Of a DNA stretch of 64,000 bases, positions 27,165 to 38,567 are shown piece by piece; positions within the stretch are counted from its first letter, which is position 1; every line of letters begins with the position of its first letter. The stretch covers positions 4,960,001 through 5,024,000 of the forward strand of contig OY760937.1 in assembly GCA_963664225.1 (NCBI GenBank), given 5' to 3'. The position numbers and the translations under genes are program-made. Below the pieces are notes generated by a model. The model worked only from the letters and a program-made list of their open reading frames with translations. It had not been told where the DNA came from and ran no database searches. This DNA is from Verrucomicrobiia bacterium (lineage in GTDB: Bacteria; Verrucomicrobiota; Verrucomicrobiia; Limisphaerales; UBA1319).

Positions 27165-29405
27165 TCAATTCACTGACATTGGAACGGTAGGGGTGCTTTC
27201 GCCAGGCCTAGGTCCCATCATCATTTTGAAATGCGCAATTTGCCCTGTTTTCTGAAAAATCATTTTAAAAACCTCAAGATAAGTTTCCACCATGCCATCA
27301 TCAATCGAAACAAAGAGATCATCGAAAGCGAAGTGCGAACCAGCATTTACCCAAGAAAACAGAGACCTACAAATCAATTTCTCATTACCCTCAAAATTCT
27401 CGCATATTTCATCCGTGTTTATGTTGCCAATGATCTTAAAATAATTCTCCAATATTCTCCTCAAAGTGTTCTGAATCGTAAGATTTGATCTATTAGGATT
27501 TCGTATTTCTGCCCACAAAAGATCATATGATGTTTTAATGGGATTAGACGGGTGCCGTTCCACCGTTGAATAGTTACTGGATTTTTTTACAATCCAAAAC
27601 GTCACTTCCTTCATCGAAAATTCACGCAAATCTGGATTAAATGTGACCTCTTTGTGGAAAAAGACATTATGTGTCAAAATAAACACCTGTTTGATGTGCC
27701 CAATGCCGTTCCGAACTTCATTAAAAAGCCCCTTGATCAAGCTGCTGACGATAAATAAAACATCGCTGTCGAGACTGGACACCGGGTCGTCAAAAACAAC
27801 AACGCGGTCCGTTGTCATGCCGGTCTCGGTTTCACTCCCTTTCAGCAGGTGGAAGAAGTAAAGGAATGTAATAAACGACTTTTCTCCTTCGCTAAGTGTT
27901 TCTTTCGCAGCACTTCCGTCTTCACGCACAATTTTATAGTGGCTTGGTTTCCCCGATTTTGCCAATGAGAATCCACGGAAGCCGAATGATATTAGCAGCA
28001 TGTTAATTGCGTCAATCGTAGGCTGGATGCTTGTCGTGTTTTTCTCAAGCGCACGAATTTCGGAAATTTTGTTCAGTCTATCCTTATTTGCCTGGTTTAA
28101 CTTCGCAGTCAAAGCCTCGATTGCCTTTTTGGTGGCATCTCTTTTGGAAGAGTACGCTGCAAGTTGGCCTTTGATTTCATTTTCCAGCAGATACTTCCAT
28201 ACTTCGTTTGTTAAATCGCGCCGTTCACGGGCCAGATTTGAAACCATTATGTTGTGCTTGTTGATCGCTTCGTTTGCGGTGGTAACAGAGATCTTTGCTG
28301 CCTCAAGAACAGTGTACAGCGATTCCAGCTCAATACTTAGACTTGCCTCACGTTGCTTCTTTTCGATTAGCTGGATGTTCATGCGGATTTTAGAATCCAG
28401 AAGTTCTTTCTCAGACTTTAGTTTTATGACATCAATGAATTTTGACGGTTCGTCTAGTATAAACTGAATGCTTTGCTTCAAGCGTTGACTCTCAGTCTTG
28501 TAATCAGTCAATAATTGCGTGATAGCGTTGGTGTCCCTTTCAAACTGCTCATCAAAATATTCATCTAAACTCTTGGAAAGTGATTTCGGTGTAGGTTGCT
28601 GGCAAAACGGGCAAAATCCATCATTGCCAGCATAAAATGCTCGCCCCTCCTTTACCCAGTCGCTGTTGCTGAGTTTTTGAATCATTGCGGCAATATCCAC
28701 ATCCGTTTTGCCGATGACTCTTTTTTTGAGGATTGGATTGGATTCGTAGCTGTGTAATTTATCGAACACTAATTCAGTAATCAGAGGCGCCTTTTCCGGT
28801 GTTTCACCAAAAACGCTTTCCGCCCTTCTTTTCAAGTCTGCAAGTGGTTTCAGAGCGGCAGTGTTAGTTTTTGATTCCTTGAGAATTCGTTCTTTGAAAT
28901 CTTTTTTTCTCGCCCGAACACCGGCAAATGCTCCTTGCATTTCCGTGTCATGCCTTTGCTTTAGTACCCAGCACTGCTCTTCAAATTCGACTTCCAATGT
29001 TTTTAGCTCGCCTTTTTTTCCACCTTCGCCATCTTCACCATCAAGAGTTTCTGTAAACTTCTTGATCTGGTCCACAAAACCATCCAGTTCAGCTTTGGCG
29101 ATCGTAATCTTGTCCAGCGTCGTTTTGTCCTTTTCTCCAAGAGTGAAAATCCCCTTCAAGTCCGGCGATTGACCGAAGTTGCTGTCGATGAAATCACGAT
29201 TGTAAACGAGGGTTTCAAGTTTGATTCCTCCTTGCCATGTCAATTTGCAATTTGCATTACGCGTTTCATCGGCAATAACTCTTGATACAGTGGTTTTTCC
29301 CGTCCCGTTCGCGCCGTAGATGAAATTGAATTTCGATAATTGTACGAAATTCTCTGGTGCGTCTCCAAAACTCGCCGTTTTTTGAATTTGTATGCTCTCA
29401 ATCAT
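27165..29405 (-). CDS. AAA_13/RloC-like ABC ATPase with zinc hook and C-terminal HEPN-like domain
   Basis: Walker A GANGTGKT, coiled coil with CPFCQQ, signature LSEGEK, VVVFDDPVSSLD, LTHN, C-terminal RRILENYF...WVNAGSH. Visibly AT-richer than its flanks. Confidence 0.85.
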   Translation of the reverse strand: MIESIQIQKTASFGDAPENFVQLSKFNFIYGANGTGKTTVSRVIADETRNANCKLTWQGGIKLETLVYNRDFIDSNFGQSPDLKGIFTLGEKDKTTLDKITIAKAELDGFVDQIKKFTETLDGEDGEGGKKGELKTLEVEFEEQCWVLKQRHDTEMQGAFAGVRARKKDFKERILKESKTNTAALKPLADLKRRAESVFGETPEKAPLITELVFDKLHSYESNPILKKRVIGKTDVDIAAMIQKLSNSDWVKEGRAFYAGNDGFCPFCQQPTPKSLSKSLDEYFDEQFERDTNAITQLLTDYKTESQRLKQSIQFILDEPSKFIDVIKLKSEKELLDSKIRMNIQLIEKKQREASLSIELESLYTVLEAAKISVTTANEAINKHNIMVSNLARERRDLTNEVWKYLLENEIKGQLAAYSSKRDATKKAIEALTAKLNQANKDRLNKISEIRALEKNTTSIQPTIDAINMLLISFGFRGFSLAKSGKPSHYKIVREDGSAAKETLSEGEKSFITFLYFFHLLKGSETETGMTTDRVVVFDDPVSSLDSDVLFIVSSLIKGLFNEVRNGIGHIKQVFILTHNVFFHKEVTFNPDLREFSMKEVTFWIVKKSSNYSTVERHPSNPIKTSYDLLWAEIRNPNRSNLTIQNTLRRILENYFKIIGNINTDEICENFEGNEKLICRSLFSWVNAGSHFAFDDLFVSIDDGMVETYLEVFKMIFQKTGQIAHFKMMMGPRPGESTPTVPMSVN

Positions 29406-29627
29406 CGTTAGAGTTCTCCTGCGAGGCACCTTGGCACAGCAGCATTTGTACTGTTTCAGTCGCCCCTCTGATTGGACTGGCCATGCTCAAAAATGTCCGA
29501 GCAACGTGGCACCGGGTTGCGGTTGTCGTCATGGATTATGGCGGTATAAACATGCAATAAATCGTTAAAGGCAAGATCATTCTGCGAAAATGAATAAATA
29601 TTTTGGGATATGCGGCGGCTGGACTGA

Positions 29628-29738
29628 GAAGCAAAGGGCGCTGAGATGGAGGAGACGCGCGAGATTGACGATCAGGAATATGCGCTTTACGGTCTGAGGC
29701 CGGATCAGATCGAAAATGTGGAAGGCACGGCCAAATGA
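29628..29738 (+). pseudogene. C-terminal remnant of a type IIG (Eco57I/TaqI-like) restriction-modification protein
   Basis: Reads ...ETREIDDQEYALYGLRPDQIENVEGTAK*, like the typical 'EIDxxVYxLYGLTxEEIxIVE' terminus. In-frame TGA at 29625 upstream; its stop overlaps the next ATG. Confidence 0.6.
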
Positions 29739-30073
29739 AATTGCCCAATCCAGAAAAGCTGGTGATCGAGCGCGAAAAGATCGTGGATTACCTGCTCAAC
29801 CCTGCGCATCCTGATAACGGTGGCAAGGCGGAGTTTTTCGGGAAGCTGGGTTACACGCGTCAGGAATGGGAGAATTTGGCGGCGGTGCTGTGGAGATTGG
29901 CGCAGTCAACAGCGGTGACCAGCCATGCGGAGTCGCCGCACGGAGGAAAATATGTTATTATTGGGCCAATAGGATCGCTGGCGGGAAAGTCGGCGAAGGT
30001 GAAAACGATTTGGATTGTGGACAAGGGATTGGATGTGGCCAGATTGGTCACGGCTTATCCATGCACGACATGA
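29735..30073 (+). CDS. DUF6883-like protein (putative toxin-type partner)
   Basis: MKLPN..IEREKIVDYLLNPAHPDNGGKAEFF..GY...TIWIVD..RLVTAYP. Confidence 0.8.
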   Translation: MKLPNPEKLVIEREKIVDYLLNPAHPDNGGKAEFFGKLGYTRQEWENLAAVLWRLAQSTAVTSHAESPHGGKYVIIGPIGSLAGKSAKVKTIWIVDKGLDVARLVTAYPCTT

Positions 30074-30312
30074 GTGGCATTATGATCAAAGAACATGACC
30101 GTGTGGTGTTAAAGTCGGACGTTGCCGCCGAAGGATTGGAAGCGGGCGACGTGGGAACGGTTGTGCATATTTACAGCGATGGCCTCGCCTACGAAGTCGA
30201 GTTCACGACGTTGGAAGGAGATACCGCCGCATTGGTGACGGTGGAGGTCGGACAAGTTCGCCCGGTTCACAAAAGGGAAATCACCCACGCGCGCGAGTTG
30301 CAAGCGGTCTGA
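30070..30312 (+). CDS. DUF4926-domain protein
   Basis: EHDRVVL..GLEAGDVGTVVHIY..AYEVEF. ATGA-coupled to the upstream gene (alternative start 30082). Confidence 0.85.
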   Translation: MSGIMIKEHDRVVLKSDVAAEGLEAGDVGTVVHIYSDGLAYEVEFTTLEGDTAALVTVEVGQVRPVHKREITHARELQAV

Positions 30313-30596
30313 CACAGCGCCTCAAATTGATGGCATAGATCGGGAGGGTTTAAATCATCAAGTGTGCGGGTAAATAAACTGGCACAGCCGTTCCAGCCAA
30401 AGAGCCCCGAAAACCTTCGAATTGGTTTGGTGACTTAGTCCTTGCCAATCGATGGGAGGGGCCTAGTGTCGGCATACAGCATGCAACCGCCAAATCATCC
30501 GACTGGCGAATCATTGCGCAATGGCTCATTTTGCGCGGATGATCATATTGAGCCAGATGTTGCACTGGAATTACTTCCGACCAGGAAGGGGATGTC

Positions 30597-32327
30597 ATGA
30601 AATCCCGGGGCAAGGCTGTGCTTTGGGCGTTATTGCCGCTGTTGCTCCTGACTCCGCCGCTGCTCTGGCAGGGGAAGCGTTTCGAGAGCCAACTTGCCAA
30701 CGAACAGCGGACCCGCACGCAAAGCATGCTGGATCAGTATGCAGTCGGAGTGCAGAAGGCCTTTAATCGCATTGAGGACAAGCTGGCAAGCCTGGAGGTG
30801 TTTGTGGCCGCACAGACCGCCGGAGGCAAGGCCGTGGACGATGGACAATACAACCTGTTCGCCGCGGGACTTCATGCCAGCGCAAATTGGATCAGAAGTT
30901 TTCAGATCGTTTCCAATGGCATTGTCACCCACACCTATCCGCTGATTGGAAACGAAGCGGTGCTTGGTTACAACCTGTTGACGGACCCGCGTTCCGTGAT
31001 CGGAGGCGATGTGTTGCGTGCCAGCGAACAGAGGCAGTTCACCATTACCGGTCCCATAAACTTGCTGCAGGGCGGGTTGGGCCTCATCATCCGCAAACCG
31101 TTGACGCACACCAATGACGGGCACAAGCGGCTGGTGGCGATCGTTTTGAACACGGCCCCATTACTGGCCGAGGCGGGGATCGTGGAGAAGAGCAATAGCG
31201 ATATCGACACCGCGATCCGGCGAAAAGGGGGTGAGGTGTTTTTTGGTTCAGCGGCGGTGTTCGAGCAACATCCCGTCCTGCACTCATTATTACTTCCGGA
31301 TGGCGCGTGGGAGATGGGAGCCCTCCCTTCGAATGGCTGGTCCACGTCCATCAGCGATTCGGGCCGACTTATCTACCTTGCGGGTGCCACCATTATTTTT
31401 CTCATTTGTCTGTTGGTATTCACGCTGGCCCGGCGCGAGGCGGACACGGCGGATACTGTGCGGGAACGAACTCAAGCGCTGCACAAGGAATTGGTTGATC
31501 GCAAGCAGGCGGAGGACCTGATCCGCGCCCTCGACAAGGATTTGAAGCGCCATAATGAGGAACTTGAGAAGCGCGTCGCAGAGCGCACCGCGGAGTTGGA
31601 AGTGGCCAAAGAGCGGGCCGAATCGGCGGACCAGGTCAAATCCGCGTTTCTGGCAACCATGTCGCACGAGTTGCGGACCCCGCTGAATTCGATCATCGGC
31701 TTTACCGGGATCATCCTGCAAGGACTGGCCGGGCCGTTGAATGACGAACAGGCCAGGCAACTGGGCATGGTGCAAAGCAGCGCGCGGCATCTGCTGGCGC
31801 TGATCAATGACGTGCTCGATATCTCGAAGATCGAGGCGAGGGAATTGAAGGTGGCCATTGCGCCGTTCGACCTGCGCGCCACGATCGAGCGATCCGTTGC
31901 CGTTGTCCGCCACTTCGCGGAAACCAAGGGTCTTGCCTTGAGGATGGAGATTTCACCGGAGATCGGCGAACTGGCCAGTGATGCCCGGCGCGTTGAGCAA
32001 ATCCTGCTCAACCTGTTGAACAACGCGGTAAAATTCACCGAGGGCGGCGGGGTCACATTGGTGGCGGACGCGGACCGTGGGATGGTGCGTGTGCGAATCA
32101 CGGACACGGGCATCGGCATCAAGGCCGGGGATCTGGCCAATTTATTCAGGCCCTTTCAGCAGGTTGCCAATGGATTGTCGCGCAGTCACGAAGGCACGGG
32201 GCTTGGGCTGGTCATTTGCCGACGGTTATCCGAACTGCTTGGTGGTGAAATTCGCGTGCAGAGTGAGCCGGGCCGGGGCAGCACCTTTACCATGCTTTTG
32301 CCCATGAAAGGGCCTCAGTCGATATGA
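30597..32327 (+). CDS. Membrane sensor histidine kinase with CHASE-like domain
   Basis: Two TM segments around a periplasmic domain ([16 protein letters not shown]); [17 protein letters not shown]; HATPase. Confidence 0.92.
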   Translation: MKSRGKAVLWALLPLLLLTPPLLWQGKRFESQLANEQRTRTQSMLDQYAVGVQKAFNRIEDKLASLEVFVAAQTAGGKAVDDGQYNLFAAGLHASANWIRSFQIVSNGIVTHTYPLIGNEAVLGYNLLTDPRSVIGGDVLRASEQRQFTITGPINLLQGGLGLIIRKPLTHTNDGHKRLVAIVLNTAPLLAEAGIVEKSNSDIDTAIRRKGGEVFFGSAAVFEQHPVLHSLLLPDGAWEMGALPSNGWSTSISDSGRLIYLAGATIIFLICLLVFTLARREADTADTVRERTQALHKELVDRKQAEDLIRALDKDLKRHNEELEKRVAERTAELEVAKERAESADQVKSAFLATMSHELRTPLNSIIGFTGIILQGLAGPLNDEQARQLGMVQSSARHLLALINDVLDISKIEARELKVAIAPFDLRATIERSVAVVRHFAETKGLALRMEISPEIGELASDARRVEQILLNLLNNAVKFTEGGGVTLVADADRGMVRVRITDTGIGIKAGDLANLFRPFQQVANGLSRSHEGTGLGLVICRRLSELLGGEIRVQSEPGRGSTFTMLLPMKGPQSI

Positions 32328-32710
32328 AAAAGACGATTTTAATGATCGAAGACAATGAGCAGAACCGTTATCTGGCCACTTTTCTATTGGAGAAAAGCGG
32401 CCATGCGGTGGTGCATGCGGCCAACGGCCCTGCGGGACTCGATCTGGCCGTCCGGGTATCCTTCGACCTCATACTGCTCGACATTCAGCTCCCTGGCATG
32501 GATGGCTACGACGTGGCGCGGGCGTTGCGGGATATTCCCGTCCTGAACAGCGTGCCGATCATCGCCGTCACGTCCTACGCGATGGCCGGCGACCGCGAAA
32601 AAGCGCTGGCTGCGGGCTGTAATCACTATATAGAGAAACCCATCAACCCCGAAACGTTTGTGGCGGAGGTCACCCGGCACATGCGTACCTCCAGGGAGGC
32701 AAGATCATGA
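32324..32710 (+). CDS. Single-domain response regulator (DivK-like)
   Basis: [35 protein letters not shown] overlaps at both ends. Confidence 0.93.
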   Translation: MKKTILMIEDNEQNRYLATFLLEKSGHAVVHAANGPAGLDLAVRVSFDLILLDIQLPGMDGYDVARALRDIPVLNSVPIIAVTSYAMAGDREKALAAGCNHYIEKPINPETFVAEVTRHMRTSREARS

Positions 32711-35334
32711 TTCGAATTCTGATCGCGGATGACAAGGAGGAGGCCCTTTATTACCTCCAGAAGTTGCTTGGTGGCAACGGTTACACGGTGGAGGGCGCCC
32801 ATCACGGCGCCGAGGCGCTTGTCAAAGCGCGCCAATCCCCGCCGCAATTGATTATCTCGGACCTGCTCATGCCGGTCATGGATGGCTACACGTTATTGCG
32901 TCACTGGAAATCCGACGCGCGATTGAAGCAGATTCCCTTTATTGTCTATACGGCCACCTACACCGATCCCAAGGATGAACAACTGGCGCTGGACCTTGGT
33001 GCAGACGCCTTCATCCTGAAACCCGCCGAACCGGAGGCGTTGCTGGCGCGCGTTCGCTCAGTGCTGGCTGCGGGTCAGGCCGACCATCTGACGCTGCCGC
33101 AGCGAACGGAGGGTGAGGATAAGGTTCTGCTCAAGACATACAGCGAAGTGCTCGTCCATAAACTCGAGGAAAAGGCGCTCGAATTGGAGCAGACCAACCG
33201 CGCCCTTGAAGCGGACATCGCCGAGCGCGGGAGGGCGGAGCAAGACATTCAGAGGCTCAATCGGGTCTATGCGGTGTTGAGCGGCATCAACCAGGCCATC
33301 GTGCGCGAGAAAGATCCGCAGGTGATGATGGAGGCCGTTTGTCGCATTGCCGTGGAAGATGGGAAGTTTCGAATGGCGTGGATTGGAAAGCTGGACCCGG
33401 AAGGCCAAGAGTTGAAACCCACCGCCTCCTGTGGCGTGGTGGAAGGATATACGGACGTGGTGAGGATCGATTTAAGGGACAACGCAACCTCCCCGGGTCC
33501 GGGGGTGCGGTGTCTTCTTACCGGCGAGCACGCCGTCTGCAATGACATCGCACATGATCCCTCCTACCAGCCGTGGCGGGACGAGGCGCTAAAACGGGGA
33601 TACCAGTCATCAGGAGGTTTTCCGCTCAAGGTCGATGGCCAGGTTGTCGGTGTCTTTAGCCTCTACGCCGAGGAGCCAGGCTTTTTCAGCGACGAAGAGT
33701 TGCGTCTGCTCGATGAATTGGCGATGGATATTTCCTTTGCCCTGGAAGTCAGTCGGCGCGAGAAGGAACGCGAAAAGACGGAATTGGAGTTGCGCTGGCG
33801 GACGGCTTTCTTTGAAGCGCAAGTAGAATCCGCTCTGGATGGCATATTGGTCGTGGACGGCCAGGGAAATAAGATTCTCCAAAACCAACGGCTGAACGAT
33901 CTTTGGAAGATTCCCCCGCATATTGCCGAGAGCAAGGATGACGCCATGCAAATCAGGTTCGTCACCAGCCAGACGAAGAATCCAAAACAGTTTGGCGAGA
34001 AAATCGTGCATTTGAATTCGCACCCGGACCAGGTGAGCAGAGATGAAATTGAAATGATGGATGGAACGATCCTGGACCGATACTCCTCACCTGTGCGGGA
34101 CAAGGCCGGGCAATATTACGGACGAATCTGGACTTTTCGCGACATCACTGAAAAGCGGCAATTGGAGCAACAATTCCGCCAATCGCAGAAAATGGAGGCC
34201 ATCGGCCAATTGGCCGGCGGGGTGGCGCACGACTTTAATAATATCCTCGCTTCGATCATGATGGAGGCCGAACTCGCTGTCACGGAGACGAATGTTTCGG
34301 CGGAAACACGGGTGGCTCTGAACGATATCAGGGCCGCTGCTGAACGGGCCGCCAATCTCACGCGCCAGTTGCTCGCCTTCAGCCGGCGTCAGGTCATGCA
34401 AACGCGGCTGCTTGATTTGAATGAAATCGTCACCAGCCTTTCGAAAATGCTGCAACGCATCCTGGGAGCGGACGTGAGCCTGCAACTCAACCTGCACCCG
34501 AGCCATTTAATGGCGCGCGCCGATGCCGGGATGCTGGACCAGGTGCTGCTCAACCTGGTTGTCAACGCCCGGGATGCCATGCCCAAAGGAGGAAAGCTCA
34601 CCATCGAAACCGCGGAGAAGTTTCTTGGGAAAGGGGAGGCCGGGTTATTCCCTGACACCGTAGCTGGACGATACGTCTGTTTGTCCGTCACCGACACAGG
34701 TTGTGGCATGTCCCCGGAGATCAGGGCACACCTTTTCGAGCCGTTCTTTACGACCAAGGAACCCGGCAAGGGCACAGGCCTCGGCCTGGCCACCGTCTTC
34801 GGCATCGTCAAACAGCACGGCGGCAAGATCACGGTTTCGAGCAATGTCGGCGCGGGGACGACGTTTCATGTTTTTCTCCCGGCCGAGGAAACCGCCGACC
34901 ATGGCGGCATCCAGGAAAATCCGATGTCCAAACCGCGCGGCGGCACGGAAACCATCCTATTGGTCGAAGACGAGCCGTCCGTGCGCAGATTGACCCGCAT
35001 CGTGCTGGAGCGGGCAGGCTACCATGTGTTGGAAGCCCATAATGGCGTTGAGGCGATGCAGCTTTGGGAATCGCACCAGGATACGATTCAGCTTTTATTC
35101 ACCGACATCATGATGCCGGAAGGCGTGAGCGGACACGATCTGGCGGCTCAATTGCTGGCGCGCAATCCCAGGCTAAGCGTCATCTTCACCAGCGGTTACA
35201 GCGCTGAAATTGCGGGACGAGAGCTCTCATTGAAAGCGGGACAGAACTTCATCCAAAAGCCAGCCTTGCCCTCCCAACTGTTGGAAATTGTCCGCCAGTG
35301 TTTGGATGGCATGGTTCAGGCCAGCAACGCATAG
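32707..35334 (+). CDS. Hybrid kinase REC-GAF-PAS-HisKA-HATPase-REC (CckA-like kinase core)
   Basis: [37 protein letters not shown], receivers at both termini. Confidence 0.93.
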   Translation: MIRILIADDKEEALYYLQKLLGGNGYTVEGAHHGAEALVKARQSPPQLIISDLLMPVMDGYTLLRHWKSDARLKQIPFIVYTATYTDPKDEQLALDLGADAFILKPAEPEALLARVRSVLAAGQADHLTLPQRTEGEDKVLLKTYSEVLVHKLEEKALELEQTNRALEADIAERGRAEQDIQRLNRVYAVLSGINQAIVREKDPQVMMEAVCRIAVEDGKFRMAWIGKLDPEGQELKPTASCGVVEGYTDVVRIDLRDNATSPGPGVRCLLTGEHAVCNDIAHDPSYQPWRDEALKRGYQSSGGFPLKVDGQVVGVFSLYAEEPGFFSDEELRLLDELAMDISFALEVSRREKEREKTELELRWRTAFFEAQVESALDGILVVDGQGNKILQNQRLNDLWKIPPHIAESKDDAMQIRFVTSQTKNPKQFGEKIVHLNSHPDQVSRDEIEMMDGTILDRYSSPVRDKAGQYYGRIWTFRDITEKRQLEQQFRQSQKMEAIGQLAGGVAHDFNNILASIMMEAELAVTETNVSAETRVALNDIRAAAERAANLTRQLLAFSRRQVMQTRLLDLNEIVTSLSKMLQRILGADVSLQLNLHPSHLMARADAGMLDQVLLNLVVNARDAMPKGGKLTIETAEKFLGKGEAGLFPDTVAGRYVCLSVTDTGCGMSPEIRAHLFEPFFTTKEPGKGTGLGLATVFGIVKQHGGKITVSSNVGAGTTFHVFLPAEETADHGGIQENPMSKPRGGTETILLVEDEPSVRRLTRIVLERAGYHVLEAHNGVEAMQLWESHQDTIQLLFTDIMMPEGVSGHDLAAQLLARNPRLSVIFTSGYSAEIAGRELSLKAGQNFIQKPALPSQLLEIVRQCLDGMVQASNA

Positions 35335-35419
35335 AGTGCGAGATACGCCCGCATGTTGGAACTGTTTGACCGGCTGGTGAAGCCGGACGGGGCCTGGTAG
35401 AAAAAGCCGCACACAAATA

Positions 35420-35450
35420 AAGAACCGCACCCTTGCGGGATGCGGTTCTT
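35420..35450. terminator. Hairpin between convergent genes
   Basis: AAGAACCGCA-ccc-ttgc-ggga-TGCGGTTCTT. Confidence 0.55.
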
Positions 35451-35475
35451 GAATCGGAAAGTTGGAGCAGGCTTT

Positions 35476-36804
35476 TTAGCGGAGCTTGTAGGGGGCCCGG
35501 TAAGGACGGGTGAGAAGCTTGGAGGCTTCCTTGTCCCCGATGATGACTTCCTTCTTCGCGTCCCACTTGATTTTGCGGCCGGTCATCATGGCGATGAGGC
35601 TCAGGTGCCCCGGGATGGCGGAATGATGCGCGGTTTCCACAGGGGTGATGGTCGGTTTCCGGGATTTGATGGAATCGAGGAAATTGCGATGGTGGTTGTT
35701 GGACTTGATCAGCTTCACCTTGCGCACGCTTTCGGGAAGTTTGGAGATATCCTTGTACTCGGGATTCGAGCAATCGAAACCGCCGCGATCCACCCAGACC
35801 CAGCCGTCCGTGCCGATCCACTTGGTGCCGCTGCGAATGTCGCCATATCCACCCGCGATGATCATGGTGATATCCTGCGGGTATTTGAGCGTGGCGCGGT
35901 ACTTGGTGGCGGTGTTCCAGATTGCATCAGGCGCCGGGAATTCGCCCGTGCCCTCGATTTCCATGGGCCCTTCGTTGTCGAAGTCCAGACCCCAATGGGC
36001 GATGTCGCCGTGGTGACCGATCCAGTCCATAAGCTGGCCGCCGCCGGTGTTGTAGTTCCAGCGCCAGTTCATGTGCACGCGGCATTCGATGTAGGGTTCC
36101 ATCTTCGACGGCCCGATCCAGGTCTCGTAATCGAGTTGGGGAGGGGGAGCGGTGATGCTGCGCTTGGAGCGGGTGCCGGCAAAATCCGCGTGGCCGCTGG
36201 GCAGGCCGACTTCGACGCGTGTGACCTTGCCGATGAGGCCGTTGCGGACCATTTCGGCGCCTTTGTGGAAATTCTCGACCGAACGCTGCCAGGAACCGGT
36301 CTGCCAGATGCACTTGTTTTTCTGAACGGCTTTAACGATGGACTGCTGTTCGGCAATGGTGCGGGCGAGGGGTTTTTCGCTGTAAATATCCTTCTTGCGG
36401 CGGGCGGCCTCGGTGGCGACCAGGTTGTGCCAGTGGTCAGGAACGGCGAGCATGACCGCGTCAATGTCCTTGCGCTCCATCATTTCGCGATAGTCGTGAT
36501 ACGATTTGCAATCCTGGTTCTTGTAGGTGCCGTTGATCTTATCAAGGGCCTGCTGCAAATGGTTTTTGTCCAGATCGCAGGCGGCGATGACCTGGCAGTC
36601 CTTTTGGGCGAGGAATGCATCGGTGTTGCCCGGACCCATCATGCCCCAGCCGACCACGCCCATGGTGATGCGCTCAGAGGGGGCGGTATGCCCATCCCGG
36701 CCCAATGCGCTGGCGGGGATGATTGTGGGCGCTGCAATGACGGTTGCGGCCGCGGCGATAAAACGCCTCCGGCTCATATTGAAATTTTGTGTTTTGGAAC
36801 TCAT
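35476..36804 (-). CDS. Tat-exported Gfo/Idh/MocA oxidoreductase
   Basis: SRRRFIAAA Tat signal, DIDAV..PDHWH, YSEKP, GGGQLMDWIGHH. Confidence 0.92.
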   Translation of the reverse strand: MSSKTQNFNMSRRRFIAAAATVIAAPTIIPASALGRDGHTAPSERITMGVVGWGMMGPGNTDAFLAQKDCQVIAACDLDKNHLQQALDKINGTYKNQDCKSYHDYREMMERKDIDAVMLAVPDHWHNLVATEAARRKKDIYSEKPLARTIAEQQSIVKAVQKNKCIWQTGSWQRSVENFHKGAEMVRNGLIGKVTRVEVGLPSGHADFAGTRSKRSITAPPPQLDYETWIGPSKMEPYIECRVHMNWRWNYNTGGGQLMDWIGHHGDIAHWGLDFDNEGPMEIEGTGEFPAPDAIWNTATKYRATLKYPQDITMIIAGGYGDIRSGTKWIGTDGWVWVDRGGFDCSNPEYKDISKLPESVRKVKLIKSNNHHRNFLDSIKSRKPTITPVETAHHSAIPGHLSLIAMMTGRKIKWDAKKEVIIGDKEASKLLTRPYRAPYKLR

Positions 36805-37044
36805 GTTGAACGCCACCCTGCCTGTTTCCTTGGCGGCTTTCCACGAAAAAATGACGTTTTGTCATCACCGATTTCGGGGAGGGGCATAATGGAGGTACAG
36901 GATGGAAGAAAGAACGGAGGCCACCGTTTCACCAAAATCATCTTTTGCCCGGAAATTGGACTCCGCGGTTGTGAAATGCATTGCTTTCCTCTGTAATGCG
37001 TATCACAATTTATCAACAAATCCCGCTATGGAGCCCATAATGTT

Positions 37045-38538
37045 ATGAACCGTCGAAATTTCTTAAAAACAGCCGGTGTATCGGCAACCATGCTCACCAT
37101 CGTTCCAAACCAGGTGATCCGCGCCTCGGGGCAGACCCCGCCCAGCGAAAAATTGACGGTGGCCCTGATCGGCTGTGGCACGCAGGGCTTGCGCGAGATG
37201 ATCGACATGCTGGCGATTCAAAACGTCCAGGTGGTGGCGGTTTGCGATCCCAACAAGGACAGCGATAATTACGTCGATTGGTCGAAGGACGGCTTGCGGT
37301 CGGGCATTGCCAGCGCGATTGGGAAACCCGACTGGCGGGCCGGAACACGCGGTATTCCCGGCGGGCGGGTTGTGGCCAAGGAAATGGTGGAGATTTATTA
37401 CGCCAACAAGCGCGGTTCCGAGAAATACAACGGCTGCGCCATGTATTCGGATTATCGCGAATTGCTGGACAAGGAAAAGGGTTTGGACGCGGTGAAGATC
37501 ATGACGCCGGACCATCTGCACGCCACGATTGCCATTGCGGCGATGAAGAAGGGGAAGGCTGTGATGGTGCATAAGCCGCTGGCAAACCGGATTCATGAGG
37601 GCCGACTGGTGATCGAAACGGCGCGACAGACCAAGGTGCCGACGCATTTTATCCCGGCGTCCTCCAGCGAAAGCATTCATGCGGTGGCCCAGTGGATTCA
37701 GGAAGGTCATCTGGGCGCGCTGAGGGAAATTCATAACTGGTCGTATCGCCCGGTCTGGCCGCAATACTCGGTCATACCCAAGGAAACGCCGCCCGTGCCC
37801 GAGGGATTCGATTGGGACCTATGGCTCGGGCCGTCGCAGCCGCGGCCCTATCATCCGCACTACACGCATGCGGTGTTCCGGGGATGGTATGAATTTGGGG
37901 GCGGCGCAGTGGCCGACATGGGACATTACAGCCTCTGGCCGGTTTTCTCGGAATTCGGGCTGGATGCGCCGATCTGGGTGGAATCCACCCCCAGCCATCT
38001 GTGCACCATCGAAGACCATGTGAGTGTGAAAATTCACAACGATTATGCGTTTCCCGCCGCGTCCACGATCCGATTCCGGTTCGCGGCCAAGGGTGCGCGT
38101 CCAGGGCTGGATATTTTCTGGTATGACGGAGGAATTCGGCCTCCGACACCCGACGAACTGGAGGAGGACCATCGGGAGATGCCTGCAGAAGGCATGATGT
38201 TTGTCTGTGAGAAGGGGAAGATTCTGGCTGGGTTCCTCGGAGAAGAGCCGATGGTGATTCCGAAGAGTAAAAACGGCGAGTTCGAGGCATCGGTGGGGAA
38301 CCTCAAACGCTCAACGCGAAAATCGACCGCATGGGTCGAGGCCTTCAAGGGCGGGGAGCCGACGGTTGGGAACTTCCTGCTGGCGGGACCGATTACGGAC
38401 GCGTTTAACCTGGGCGCCATTTCGCTGCGGCTGGGCGGCAAACGACTGGCCTGGGACGCGGCCAACATGAAGATCACGAATGTTGCGGAGGCCAATAAGT
38501 ATTTGACCCGGGAATACCGGAAGGGATGGGAACTTTAA
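37045..38538 (+). CDS. Tat-exported Gfo/Idh/MocA oxidoreductase
   Basis: MNRRNFLK Tat signal, IGCGTQG, TPDHLHA, HKP, GAVADMGHY, LTREYRKGW. Confidence 0.92.
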   Translation: MNRRNFLKTAGVSATMLTIVPNQVIRASGQTPPSEKLTVALIGCGTQGLREMIDMLAIQNVQVVAVCDPNKDSDNYVDWSKDGLRSGIASAIGKPDWRAGTRGIPGGRVVAKEMVEIYYANKRGSEKYNGCAMYSDYRELLDKEKGLDAVKIMTPDHLHATIAIAAMKKGKAVMVHKPLANRIHEGRLVIETARQTKVPTHFIPASSSESIHAVAQWIQEGHLGALREIHNWSYRPVWPQYSVIPKETPPVPEGFDWDLWLGPSQPRPYHPHYTHAVFRGWYEFGGGAVADMGHYSLWPVFSEFGLDAPIWVESTPSHLCTIEDHVSVKIHNDYAFPAASTIRFRFAAKGARPGLDIFWYDGGIRPPTPDELEEDHREMPAEGMMFVCEKGKILAGFLGEEPMVIPKSKNGEFEASVGNLKRSTRKSTAWVEAFKGGEPTVGNFLLAGPITDAFNLGAISLRLGGKRLAWDAANMKITNVAEANKYLTREYRKGWEL

Positions 38539-38567
38539 AATGTGAGTAAGTTGAAAGGGACAACAAT

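Noticed and set aside
23714..29405. Functional link between tgt (wobble modification) and the RloC-like wobble nuclease
   Set aside because: Only proximity supports it; the genes are separated by lpxB/gnnA and differ in composition.
29505..30395. Sigma-54 promoters at TGGCAC motifs (29508, 30379)
   Set aside because: One has 9-bp instead of 10-bp GG-to-GC spacing, and the other has CC in place of GC.
35440..36996. 518-aa plus-strand ORF (and similar long ORFs at 19455-20489, 26131-27063, 39863-40897, 44674-45684)
   Set aside because: Antisense to well-supported GC-rich genes and without recognisable motifs; typical codon-bias shadows.
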